Below are positions 51,195-63,482 of a DNA stretch of 64,000 nucleotides, piece by piece. The DNA lies in NCBI GenBank assembly GCA_965112155.1, contig OZ218105.1. The stretch is one strand, 5' to 3'. Under the pieces are notes generated by a model. That model saw only the letters and a list, made by a program, of their open reading frames with translations, made no database searches and had not been told where the DNA came from. A program made the translations under genes and the position numbers. Numbering within the stretch: position 1 is the stretch's first letter; each line of letters begins with the position of its first letter. This DNA comes from Podarcis liolepis (lineage: Eukaryota).

Positions 51195-51900
51195 TTGCAT
51201 GACCAGGCGTGACAGCCCCAGCCCCCAGAGATCATAAGAAAGGAATAAAGACTCTGACAACGTTATGGAATTAAAAATTAGGCCACAACTTTATTAAACT
51301 TCTGAATGTAGGAAGATCTTGGCTTAGGCCTTGGGCGTGTATCCTTCCAAGCCCCCCAGCTGGGGGAACTGGGGTACATCAGGGTAAATGGGATATGGGG
51401 GTGTTCTGTGAGACGTAAATGTAGCAGGCAGCCTAGCCCATATCCCTGCACGCAGAGTAGTTCACCTTTCAGTGGATGGCCAGTGACACCCCCTTTAAGA
51501 GGGGGACCCTGGAATCACCGCCGCAGGGGGTTGAATCACCACTTCACGCCCCCCCAGCCCATTAAAGGGAAGAAAAGACTAAAGGATTCCACCCAAGGCC
51601 AAAACCGCCAAAGTTGTGACAAATTGCTACAGGGAAGACAAAACCTGCCAATGCAGGAAAATTTCTTCCCGGTCCTTCAACAGCAACCAGTCAAAGACCG
51701 TAGCAGCGCCCGCTAAACAGGAAGAAAGAGTTAACCTGCAGACAAGAAAACATTAAACAAAGGGAGGGTGGGGACGGTGAATCTCCAGAGCTGACATTCT
51801 GGCTATCGTTGGCTCCACCCCCTATTTATAAATGGGGCTGTTCCCGCCTCCCAGCAAGAAACTTGATTACTGAGGCTGGGTGTGAACCTCCAAATAATAA
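51195..51900 (-). mobile_element. Solo A-B repeat unit of a second, divergent Ngaro-type family
   Basis: Minus strand carries, in the same order as A2-B2 of the 21-23 kb element: CCACCCTCC, TGCTA(C/T)GG, GTAGCAAT..GTCACAACTTT, GGC(C/A)TTGG, GCCTAAGCCAA and AATAAAGTTGTGGCCT. TATAAATA occurs in A. No YR, RT or hydrolase ORF. The A-side boundary is approximate. Confidence 0.75.
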
Positions 51901-54254
51901 CACTGAGAGGCAAGCCAGCCCCCCTTCTTCTAGTAAGTTCCCTGGGAACTGTAGCACTGTGCGCGATCCCACAAAGGGCACCCACACTATAAAGCGTGAG
52001 TGCTCATTGCCACAAGTTGTGTGTATGTACAGGGGAGATTAGCACAGGTTGACAGACTTTGCAAGCCTGGACTGTAGAGACTGGAAGCACCGATTCCCAA
52101 ATTAGAGTGGATATACTTCAGGATGAGTACCTTTATTCCCTGTGGTGGGAGGTAGATAATTCCCAACATGAGGCATCTAGGAGTGGGAGATTTAAGGGAG
52201 CCCTCAAGTTGCTTAGACTGTGGGAGTGAGGCTGTACTGTTCTTACTCAAGTCATTCAAAAAAACTCAAATGGAAACATCGTGGGATAATCAAGCGTTAC
52301 AGGCTTAATTTCTCTTATTTTGTTTTTCCTTCCTACACTATAAAACGTAATGTGTCTGTATGCAGTTTATAAGGGCCCATCGAGCTTTTTTTTTTTTTAA
52401 GCCTTCTGTTTGAAGTTTGCCTACTGTTGCTGCAAATAGAAACTTAGCATATGGTATAGTTGTAATTTGTCAAAGGAAAAAAGAAATACCTTCCATCTAT
52501 TTACCTTGTGCATATGAAACACCTTCTCTTTGCATTTTCAAGTTCTTTGCTGGGGCGTGTGTAGATTGGGCTTTCAAAAGAAACAGTAGAAACCCAGAAA
52601 AGACAGCCGCAGGGGGACATCACCAAACAATGGCACTCAGAGATGGACAAACATATCTAAGCTCCATTTGGAATTTCATCGCAAATGCAGGTGTCGTTGA
52701 AGAATCGGGGTGGAGTTTGGTGAATTTTTCAAGTTCTAAATTGGTTCACATTTCTTGGTGCGTATATACTTCTTTTACAGGCCACACAGTATCTCTTGGG
52801 AATGCCAGGCAAGAGTTTTACAGCAAGGAAGAGCTTGGAAGATATCTTCTGAAAAGTTCCAGGTATTATGAGCAGAGGAAATTCCTATATGAAGCCTGAC
52901 ATTCCAATCAATCAATCAGTTGGTTCAAACTGACCATTATTTATGAACTACAGCAGCATCACTAGAACACTATAGTGTTTATACTTGATTTTCCCTTTAC
53001 AATCCCAATTCACTTCATTGGGGACAACTGAAGTTTGATTGTGACTTGGTGACACTCCAGGAGCAGCTGAACGGAGAAACGAGACCTTTATGAAAGCTTT
53101 AAAATGGTTAAGAAAATGTAGAAAATTTGCTAATAGGAGGGGAATAGTACTTCCAGATATGATTAAAAATAAATTAGATTAATCACGTATTTCAGAATGT
53201 ATTGGCAACCTTTTATGCATATTAAATGTCAGAAGAGAGAAATTTGTTAGTAGCAGGATTCCTGAGTCAGCAACTCAAGCTGCTGATGCAGTCTCCCGGG
53301 GAGGCAGGTGTGGAATCATTTCTTTACATGACCTGATTATGAACGGAGTAGAACTTCTCTTATATATATATATATTTGGGGGGGTGTATATTTTGGTGGT
53401 AGGCACATGCTTTGCATGCCGGAGATCTATACCTCAATCCCTGCCAATTCTGGAAAATGGCAGCAGAGGATGTGAAAGACCTCTGCCAAAGAGGAGACAG
53501 TGCTACTCAAATACTGCCATTCAAATTAGACAAGGCTTGGCTCCATGGGCAAATCATCTGACCAGGTAGAAGGCAGGTTCATAACGTCCCATATCTTTTT
53601 TCCAAGGACTGGTGTTTAAAAACCTAAATTGCCTGTGAACCCTGAGCTGGACTCGGCATGAGATATGGATGCCAAGGGGGTGGAGATGGGCTGCTTTTGC
53701 TTGCCAGGCTCTTTTTTTTCCTGGCAAGAGATTGGCAAATGAAGCGGGTAGGACTGGGGTCAAATCCAGGATCTTTTCTTTCCCCTTCAAAGCAAGTAAA
53801 TAATTTTGAAGCAAGATTTAGTAAACAAAGCCTAGATTTGGGTTCTTGTAATAAAAAGAAACAAGGGCTGAAATTGCCTTAGGCCTTGAAACACAAGATA
53901 TTTTCATTATCTTTCCTCACTGAGCTGTGTTGCCATTCATTGCACACCCTTAGAAACCACCAGTAGTTCCCTTGATAGATGAGTGGCATCTTCTCCAAGT
54001 CTCTTTCTTTCTTTCTGTCTCTCTCCTTTGGTTGCCAAATTGCCTATGCTATGTTATAATTTCCATAAATGAGCAAGCAGGAGGCTTCCTTCCTTCAGAA
54101 ACACATTAGAGCCCCACAAGCGGCCCAATCAAACACTGAAATCCCTTGAAAGGGGTCAAACTGTTTGAATGAATCGCTCAAGGATGCCTAATTCCCCACC
54201 CCAACCAAAGGGCTCCCTGCCTCCTTTGCTTACGTTCTTTTTTCAAGCTTAATC

Positions 54255-55192
54255 TGAGTCGATACTGTGATACAGTGGCAAAAAACCCCCCATAATGCTA
54301 TTCTAGGCTGCATCAACAGAAGTATAGTGTCCAGATCAAGGAAAGAAATATTACCACTCTATTCTGGTCAGGTGTGATCAGACCACACCTGGAATACCTT
54401 GTCCAGTTCTGGGTGCCACAGTTTCAGAAGGATATTGCCAAGCTGGAACGTGAGCAGAGGAGGGCGACCAAGATGATCAAGGCTCTGGAAACCAAACCTT
54501 CTGTGGAATGGTTGAAGTTGTTGGATATGTTTAGCAAGAAAAAGAGAAGGATGGAGACCTGCAGCACTTCTGTTTGTCCTGTGAATTGGAACAAATGTCA
54601 GTCAGGTTTTCTGTGGGGATTCAGCAGCAAACAGTGACTTTTCCCTGGGAAAGCAGGGTAAGCAATAGGACAAAAAAAGAAACCTCTTGGACAAAATCAC
54701 AAGGCAAACAGGAATGTGGCTAAGCCAGAGAAGTGAGATGAGAGCCATCTTGAAATAGCTGAACGGCTGTTATATGGAAGATGGAGCAAGCTTGTTTTCT
54801 GCTGCTCCAGAGGGTAGGGCCCAAACCAATGGATTCAAGTTACAAGAAAGGAGATTCCAGCTAAACATTGGGAAGAATTTTCTGGCAGTAAGAGCTCTTT
54901 GATGGGGGAACAAACTGTCTAGAAAGATGGTGAACTCTTCTTCATTTGATTTTTTAAAATAAAGGTTGGGTGGCCATCTGCCATGGATTCTTTAGTTGTG
55001 ATTACTGCATTGCAACGGATTGGACTAGAAGTCCCTCAATTAGTTTTAACAATGCACCTTTAATTTCTGGATATTGCGCATATTAATATATGTATTTAAA
55101 TACTCATTCATGGATTTGCATGCCTCAGATTTTAGTCAATGATATAATTGTACTAAAACATTCCAAAAGAAGCTTGGGGGTCCCTTCCAACA
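54255..55192 (+). mobile_element. CR1 LINE 3' fragment (ORF2 C-terminus and 3' UTR) with two internal insertions
   Basis: RPHLEYLVQFWVPQFQKDIAKLEREQRRATKMIKALE is a canonical CR1 ORF2 segment. CR1 resumes at ~54734, and the 3' end GGACTAGA...GGGGTCCCTTCCAAC is split by 55030-55173. Confidence 0.85.
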
Positions 55193-55574
55193 GTTTAAAG
55201 AAATCCAGGCATTTGAAAAGCCAAAAGTACTTGCTCTGATTTATTGAGAAATCATCCTATACATCTAGTATCTGGTAAAACTGTGACTGCTCAGGAGTCA
55301 CAATTTAGAGAGATCCGTTGCCCATAAAATTAAGTTTTAATTCCCAATGGAGCAGAAGCTGTTAAATTAAAGAAGCAGAGAGTTTAGTTTCTTTGATCTA
55401 GGGAACGAAGGGAATTGGAGCAAATGTGCTCATCAACCTGTTTCTCTCAGGTGGGGTTGGGTCTAGGTGGAAGGAAGCAGAAACAGATAAAGCAGTAGAC
55501 CTATTCTGACCTAACAAAAACATTTCCCTCCATAATGAAATGAAATTTCTGCCTCTGATGTGCAACAGAGCTGG

Positions 55575-55801
55575 TAGCATAGTTTAATGGTTACTAGCCT
55601 TGATGGCTCTGCTCTGCTTCCACAGTTGGACTCCGTATGGTTCTGAACACCAGTTGCTGGAAGCCACAAGGAGTGGGGAGAGTTGTGCTTGGGCCTCGCT
55701 TATGGTTTTCCCACAAGTATCTGGTTGACCACTGAGAAAATAGGATTCTGGACTAGATGAGTCACTGGACTGATCTAGCAGGCTCTTCTTATGTTCTTAT
55801 T
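55575..55801 (+). mobile_element. CR1-type LINE 3' end
   Basis: CTGGACTAGATG...GCAGGCTCTTCTTATGTTCTTAT terminus. Same family as 15517-15722. Confidence 0.7.
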
Positions 55802-56757
55802 CTGAGTTGATGCAGACGAAGAAGGAAACCCATCATCACAGCCTGTTGCCCAGTCCCTCTGCATTGTACACAGATGTACCAACTTCACTAGGGAAGAGAA
55901 TACATTGGTCACACATTTCAGCCAGAAGGCAGAAGAAGGGCATTTTAGGGAAGAGTTTCATAGCTCTAAAAAATAATTGATGCTAGAATCCATGCCAAGA
56001 AGATTAAGAAAGGCAAGGAGACAATACCCCAAATAATGCAACCACAAGTGATTGATGGAAATTTGATACTGAGGTGGGATGCAGTGTGTGTGTGTGTTTT
56101 TGTGTGTGTGATGGTTTCATTGGTGTCAAGAGTTACCTTTGAAACATGTCATGATGCTGTTACAATGTTTTACATCTAATTAATATTACAACATGATTTT
56201 CATGGATGCTGTGGTTGCCAAGCCACAGCTGGCAAGCCTGGCACACAGAACCACTAAAATATGGGCAATAATCATTCCTTCCTGAGAATCCCCACTTTCA
56301 CTTAAAAATTTTGTGGATCTCATGTTGTGAATATAAACTTGGAACAAGCTGAAACGGAAATGCAGGGGCATAAATGTTTAGAATTTTTTAAAAAATCAAT
56401 ATTTCATAGAATGACAATAAAGCATCATGGAAAGATTCCCTCCAAATTTTGAGAGAGAAGCAGACGTTGATCTTAATCAATGGTTTGAACACAGTAAATC
56501 AAAGAACAATGTGTGCAAGCTGGTTTGACATAAAGGGAGGAAATGGTTTGACCAGCTCAATGTCAAACTGTTTTTGATGCCCTCCATCAGATGATTTCAG
56601 TACCTAAGCACTATAGCAGCATGAAGTTAATATGATCACCCAGGGGAGGTACAAGAAAGAGCCAAGCCAGCATACAAGAGTGATGTAGTCATGCACTGCC
56701 ACACCTGGTATTAGCACTAAACTGGGAAATAAACAAACATATTTGTCCTGTTCAGAG

Positions 56758-56758
<1 letters not shown>

Positions 56759-56812
<54 letters not shown>
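56759..56812. repeat. (TTTC)n microsatellite
   Basis: Direct reading. Confidence 0.95.
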
Positions 56813-56813
<1 letters not shown>

Positions 56814-57654
56814 AAGCCCTGTCAGTAGTAGTAGTAATTACAAACCCACCTCTAGTAGAAATGTGGCCTCCATGAAACTGAAGATGTGTAATGCATGCCC
56901 TCTATCTGTTCAACCAGTGATCTCAATCCTGACCCAAAGTCACTAGCCTGTAATTAGCAAGCTTCTAATTGATTTTTAATTTAAAGCAATTACAAAAGGG
57001 GGCATTACCATGCATCATTTATACTTATGGCAAGTACTATTAGGGCAAAAGGAGGTTGGGAGGTGTGGTTTTTGTTTTGTTTTTGTTATATGTAGTTTTG
57101 TGATGCATAAAGGATGCTAGAAAATTCCTAAAAAGTCAGAAGCAGAAAAAAGAGCTCTTGTGATGGGTCCCAGCATTAACTTAAATCTACTCCTCAATTC
57201 ATTTCTAGAGGATATTATAGCACCATGAGTACCTTGCAATGATTCAGAAGAGTCAAGGGCCAAGCTTGAAGAAATATAGAATGGCTTTTTTTTAATAAAA
57301 GAAAGAATTTAATCGTGGTGATACTGAAGGGGAGCGTATAATGAGGGTACAACAGAAACATCAGGAATGTGCTCACTAAAAATCATATTTTCAATTTGTC
57401 TTTGAGAGACGGCAAGCAATGATGAACATGAGAGTATCATAACAGTGGATTGTATCAGTACTTGGGGAATAATGTGCAAGATGTCAAGGGTCTCAAACAA
57501 GGGTCTTTCGCAACAAGCCCAATCTATGTAGCAGCTTGCAAGCAGGGGGAATGGCTGTCCTCATCTCGGCTTCACTACAGCATTATGACTGTAGATGGCA
57601 TCTGAGCAACAGTCAGTGAGAGGGATGAAGCACTATGACGGTCATGGACATTGG

Positions 57655-57887
57655 GGTTGGATCCCACAAAGGTATTGTGCAGGTAGAATGACTTCTGCAC
57701 ATGCAGCAGAACTTCCCCTCCCCTTCCTCTCCTGCTCACCTGCTGCTGCATCCCACCCCATATGGGTTGGAGGTGGGGGGACTTCGAGCAGATTTGTGGA
57801 GGTGCATGGGGCATGAGGGGGAAGGAGATGTTCCACTGCATGAGTGGAAGTCAGTCCACTTGCACAAGGACTTCAGCAGATACAACC
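57655..57887. repeat. Old palindromic MITE-like repeat
   Basis: Degenerate inverted arms GGTTGGATC..TGTGCAGGTAGA.TGACTTCTGC.CATGCAG / CTGCATGAGTGGAAGTCAGTCCACTTGCACA..GATACAACC. A similar element appears at ~15140-15410. Confidence 0.55.
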
Positions 57888-59804
57888 TCATTGATTCCAG
57901 AGATTAGAGGAAGGGGGTTCTGCTGGGAGGATCTACGAATCCAGAAAGAATAGGCAAGTAAATATCTGCTCCACATGCTTACACAGAAAGAAACACACCA
58001 TTCTGGCATGTCTGCCTAGAAATACAAACCAGGCAGCCAGAAACCTAGGAAGGTTAAACAAAGAGAAGTAGAAGGAAATAAAGGACATGCTGGAAAAGGC
58101 CTAGAATGGTCCACAGTGTAATTTCAGAAATGAGCTTTTCATTCATGAGATTTGATATATGGGATGGGATTGTGGGAAGGGCTCTCTAAAATGACGCCTA
58201 AGCCTTATGTGCACCTGTTTGTCTTTAGTCCGCCAGTGCTGTCATAATGGTGAAAACTAGATGCTCACTAGCGATCCATAGTCTAGTTCAGTTGTTTTTA
58301 ATTTTCTGCTGAAGGCAATCTTTATGATGTCAGAGTTGCCCAGTTTGGGAAGTAACATACAATCCAGTCATTCAGAGAACCAAGGGAGCAGAGTCTCAAG
58401 GGATTAATTGAGACAACACTATAAACAAGACCAATATGCAGTGAAACCCTACGTAGGTCTGCTAAGCGGTAGTTCAATGGGGCTTACTCCCAGGTAAGTG
58501 TGTAGAGGATTACAGCCACAACAACATAATTTTAAGTGTTCAACACAGTGTTGGAAATCAAGTTGTTCATGTCTAAATAATTTTATAAATCAATATAAGC
58601 CTATAGATGAATTCCATTTTAAAAAAGTAGTTGTGACAAATAAAACAATGCAACATCTTACATTTCTCCAAAGCATATAATTTGTTTTGGGTTTGTTTTT
58701 TTAAAAGCTTTTGCTCTATGCTGCTTCCAGGAGCTACACACAAACACACACCACACCAACGTTTAAAACGAAAACAAAAATCTGGAGGAACGATTGATTG
58801 AAGTGTGTTCTGGTGCGCCATTCTGCCTCTGCACAAATATGGAAAAACTTAGATAAAGAAAAATGAGCGATTCATTAAAAATGTGAATGAGTGGCAAGAC
58901 TACTTGCAGGAACATCACCCAGATTGTTTTAGAAGTTCCATATAACCCTACACATCTACTGTAGGTAGAAAGCTGTTCCTCCATCGGTGAGCGATGAATA
59001 TGATATCCCCATAGCTTTATCTGAACTGACATCTACACATTGCTACTTGAAGCCCACATGTTACATCAAGTGACAGCTCTATAGTGATTCCCAAAGCTCA
59101 TGTTAATTTTAGAATGGTCTGGGGGAAAGGAACGTTGACAAAAGACACACCGCACTGAAGTTCTTCAAAGGAGCACACGTCGAATTGGGAAGTCCTAAGT
59201 CCATGATTCAGGAGCAAGAGAAGATGGGATTCATTTCAAATTTCAAAATGTTGTTGTTTCTTGAGATACTCCATAGTTTTTTGTTTGCTTTGAATATAAT
59301 TTTGTTTGAAAGGAATAGGGTTCTCAAGTAAAAGGAATTGGCGCAACAAAATGAATGTGTCCTTGTTGGTATACCATTTATATGAAAGGGCCAGAAAAAA
59401 GATACAAGATCTTCCAAATTCTAGGAATCTCAAACACTTCATGACATACAAAATACTTGTGTTTGGTTCTCAATTATTTATTTGTTGCTTTATTTCACAA
59501 CTTTTTTATCATCAAAATATAAAAGCAATAAGCTATGAGCACAATAAAACAGAAAAACACAACAAAAATGACAGCAGAGAACAGCAATAAAAGAAACAGA
59601 CAACAAAGCAACAGTAAAATTGAAAAATAGGATTGTTATTATCCATCGCCTAAAAGCTAGCAACAATTATAAGTGTCCCTGAAAAGGGCATTCCACAAAT
59701 AGGGAGCTACCACCATGAAGGTTGTAGCCTGAACCTAATCTTAGAAGGCAGAAATACTCGAGACTCAACTACACTCAGGCAGTTATATTGTTGTAACTCT
59801 GTTG

Positions 59805-59822
59805 TTACACCAGATGGCGCTG
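59805..59822 (+). promoter_or_regulatory. CTCF-like motif
   Basis: CACCAGATGGCGCTG matches the CTCF core consensus CCASYAGRKGGCRS except at the first C. Confidence 0.45.
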
Positions 59823-60164
59823 TAGAGTACAAAATTTGTCTATGCGATTTTACATAGGCTTTTTTTTCTTTTGTTATAACGATCTAATTTATCACTTATT
59901 TATAGGGGTTTCCCCCCTGTGTATAGATCCAGCCCTGAACAGGGCATCTGGTTAAGATATTAGAGAATCTAGAAAGCTGCCCTTCATATCCCTTCATATA
60001 GTCTAGCCCTAAGCTGCATAAAGTTTATAAATCAAAAGAAGCATTCTATTGCTTGGCTAATATTTCAACACAATTCACACTAGTACTGTGCTAAACCTGT
60101 TCTCCAGGTTCTCATTTATTCTTGTCTGCCTTGTTCTCGGGGTATTTTAAGATTTCTTTAGAAT

Positions 60165-60201
60165 TGGCCCATACGGGCAGGGGTACCTTTACCTTTACCT
60201 T
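60165..60201 (+). mobile_element. Severely 5'-truncated Sauria SINE 3' end
   Basis: TGGCCCATACGGGCAGGGGTACCTTTACCTTTACCTT. Its first 31 bp are the exact reverse complement of 43255-43285. Confidence 0.8.
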
Positions 60202-61044
60202 AGGCTGGAGTTTATATTCATTGTGAGGTGGCCATGAGTGCTTTGTGGGTGCTCTTTCTTTCTGCACAACATTTTCCCAGCAGCCTCCTTGGCTAGCCAT
60301 CCTTCTGGATCTAAAAACATCCTCTAAGGAGTTACCTCATGACATCTTCCCCAGGAAATGAAGCATAAGAAGGAATGGAAGCTTCCTACAATGCGCCTGA
60401 GATTTTGTAGTTAAGTCCTCCCTTTTATTTATATTTTTTTAGAATTACAAGGACTTTCTTTTATTTAAAAAAGAATAGCTGTGAGACACTTAGTAGGCAG
60501 TATCTCGCCAACTGAGAATGTTATGGGTTTTCAGAAAGTGTGCCCTTCTGCAACAGCCACAGACCACCAAAAAGATTATTTGTACAATGAAAGAAAGGAC
60601 ACTTAGAAACACTCCTTAGCCATCTTCAAAATAAACTTAGCAGAAAACCATTGATCCGACCCATGAGAATTTCACGGATATTATCTGCCCCTTTGATAAT
60701 TTTTGAATGCAATTTCTTTTCTTATTAATTAATGCAGAATGGTAATACACACACATACACAGGAGAAACATTCTGTACAGTGCAAATTGACATACCCATG
60801 TAATATACTTCTTTAGGTATAAAATAAATGGATTCTTCCCTTATACCTCAATGATGCTATTCAGTTAGACTTAAGTATTTATTTCTTCATATCATGGAAT
60901 TCATCCTTCCACTTTTGAGGATATTAGCCTGGTTGTTTTAAGTGGCACCCCAGTCTTGCTTTTTTGTATTGGCCATAATGGTAAAGAAAGTAATCCGATG
61001 TGTCGAATTGAACTTTCATCACTCTTCTCACCTGGTTCAAAATG

Positions 61045-61293
61045 CAGTGGTACCTCTACTTACGAGCATCTCTGGTTACATATCCTTCGGGATACGCACA
61101 TGGCAATCCCAGAAGTATTTTACCAGGTTTCATCATGCGTGTATGCGCAGAAGCACTCTGTTGCACCGTATGCATGCACAGAAGTGGTCTACACACCGCG
61201 CGCATGCGCAGAACAGGCCTCTCTGGTTGCAAAAACCTCAGGATCCGACCGGAGCTCCAGAACGGATCCCATCCGCAACTGGAGGTACCACTG
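61045..61293. mobile_element. Tigger-type MITE, second family
   Basis: TIR CAGTGGTACCTCTA / TGGAGGTACCACTG-TA. Internal repeated (G)CATGCGCAGAA motifs. Confidence 0.85.
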
Positions 61294-63246
61294 TACAAAA
61301 GTGCCTCTCAGGCAGCAACACAACCACTGATGTCAAATAAACAATGTTATCAGCTATGTTTTTCTACTTCTGTTTTTCAAGGGCATCCATTTCATATTTC
61401 ATTCACCCTGGGTTGTTTATTAATTTGCACTAATCAGCTCAGGCCAGAGGAGCAAGGTGATGATTTAGTGCTTGGACAATGTGATGTAACTGGAAGGTTC
61501 TGTAAGGTTTTTTCATCCAATTTCTATCCTTCTAGGTAGTGACCAAAGGGGTGGAAGGTTGTTGGTTGTTGTGGCTCAAACAGCAGACCCCCCCCAAAAA
61601 AGCTTGATGTGCTGGAAAGAATCCCCCCCCCCCCCCCCGTGCATATATTTTTAAAAAGTCTGTCAGTGGCAAAGTGGTAGCTTTCAAATGAAGCCTGCAC
61701 ATTTAATCTGAAACCTCTTACAATAAGAGATCAAAACGGCAGGGCATATTGAGGCCTATATCACCTAGCAACTGTCTTTTGAATAATGAGGAAAGGCAAG
61801 GGTCGTGTACCCTGGTATTATAACACTTCTGACTGTTCTCTTTGGCTCTCTGCATAGTGCTTACTTTATCAATGTACGTTTTATTTTTTAATTATATTTT
61901 TATTACTAACATTTTAATATTATGTATTGCATTTACTGTTCCAAGATTAAACAATATTTGTTCCAGTAATAAGAAAATCCATTAAGTTTTTCTTTTTTTA
62001 AAAAAAGATTGAATGTATTAAGTATCAATATTCTGAATTTGTTCCTAAATGTGAACGTTACAAAATATTTCAGATTTCTTTCGCTCATGCCTCAAAAGTT
62101 AACAGTGTACACATTTCAATCAATTCCAGCTGAGCAAACCTTTGTGATTTGTTCCCTTACAGTTGGGTCACATCAATTCTTCATTATAGCAAATTCATAT
62201 TCAGAAACAAGAAAGAGCATTCTGTCATGTTAAAAAACATACATGATGCTAGAAGTTAGAGGCAGAGACAGAATTTTGGTTGCACTTAATACAATATTAG
62301 TTAAAACTGAGTGTGTTTTCTGTATTGCCCTAAGAAACCAAGAAAAAAGAACCTTGGGATTTAAGGACAAAATAAGCAGTAATAATTTCAATCTTCTTTT
62401 TAAAGCTAATACAGCTGTATTAATGGCTTTATCTACCACATGCCTAGCTCCTGGTAACTATCATCTCCAACCATTTACTAATAAATCTTATTTAGCTGTT
62501 GTAGTATCAAATATATTTGGGTTTCAATTGCGGATATAATATATGCATTTACAAATATGCCAGAGTAGATGTGTTTGCTTCTGTCTGCATAAATAAACAA
62601 AAATGGGCCAGATTCCTGGTTTATCTTAGAATTTTAACAAATGTAGTTAATGTTTGAAAATCTAAGAACTTAAAATGATTTAAAAATTCATTTAACCACA
62701 AATATCTGTGCAACTCCTAATATCATAAATTACTATTTATGGGACCTTTCTGCAACCATGAAAATGCTGTGTTTTAATAGTTTGAAACATATATTGTTAT
62801 ATTTGCTTATGTAGTTGTTTCAATATTCTTGTGAGCCACATTTGATCTTGGAAAAGTAGAGTAGAAATTCTTGCAATAAATTATAAACAGCCTGCCCATA
62901 ACCTACTACAGCGCATTGTAGCCAGTGGCACAGAAGCTGTCCACGGCTTTGCTATGAAAGTCATCATCAAATAAACCCAATTAGGCTGCAGTTCTATGGA
63001 GTGTTGTAGTCTGAGGTTCTCTGTTCTCAGCAAACTTGCATAGCATTGGATGGTTACAGCAGTAGCCAACTAACTTGTTCCATTGCACAATGATTTCTGC
63101 TTACACAATAAGTGTTCCCCGCTTATTGTCCCTCTGCACCCCCTCTAAACCTGTTCTGGTTTCCCCCCACAACTCTACAGTGCAGATTTGGGAAGGGCAA
63201 GGGGAGAGGGGGGTGGGATTCAGTTCTGCAAGTGAAAATCACTGTA

Positions 63247-63482
63247 CAGTGGTACCTTGGTTGTACAACCATAATCCGTTCCAGAGGTCCGGTTGTAAAC
63301 CAAAACAGGTTGTAACCCAAGGTGTGTGTTCGCCAATGGGGCCTCCCCCCCCAAAAAAAATTGGTTGTAATCCAAAAAAATTGGGTTGTAATCCAAAAAA
63401 AGGAACACGTTCTTCTGGGTTTGACATGGTTTTAATCCAAAACGGTTGTAATCCAAAGCAGTTGCAAACCAAGGTACCACTG
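63247..63482. mobile_element. Tigger-type MITE, third family
   Basis: TA-CAGTGGTACCTTGGTT / AACCAAGGTACCACTG. Internal GGTTGTAA(T/C)CCAA repeats. Confidence 0.88.

Noticed and set aside
52417-52899. 160-aa ORF containing a possible exon at ~52782-52863
   Set aside because: Non-ATG start, no recognisable domain and a weak donor (GTATTA); cannot be supported.
63255-63470. Regularly spaced GGTTGTAA repeats (CRISPR-like appearance)
   Set aside because: Short internal repeats of a MITE with TIRs in eukaryotic DNA; no spacer architecture and no cas genes.
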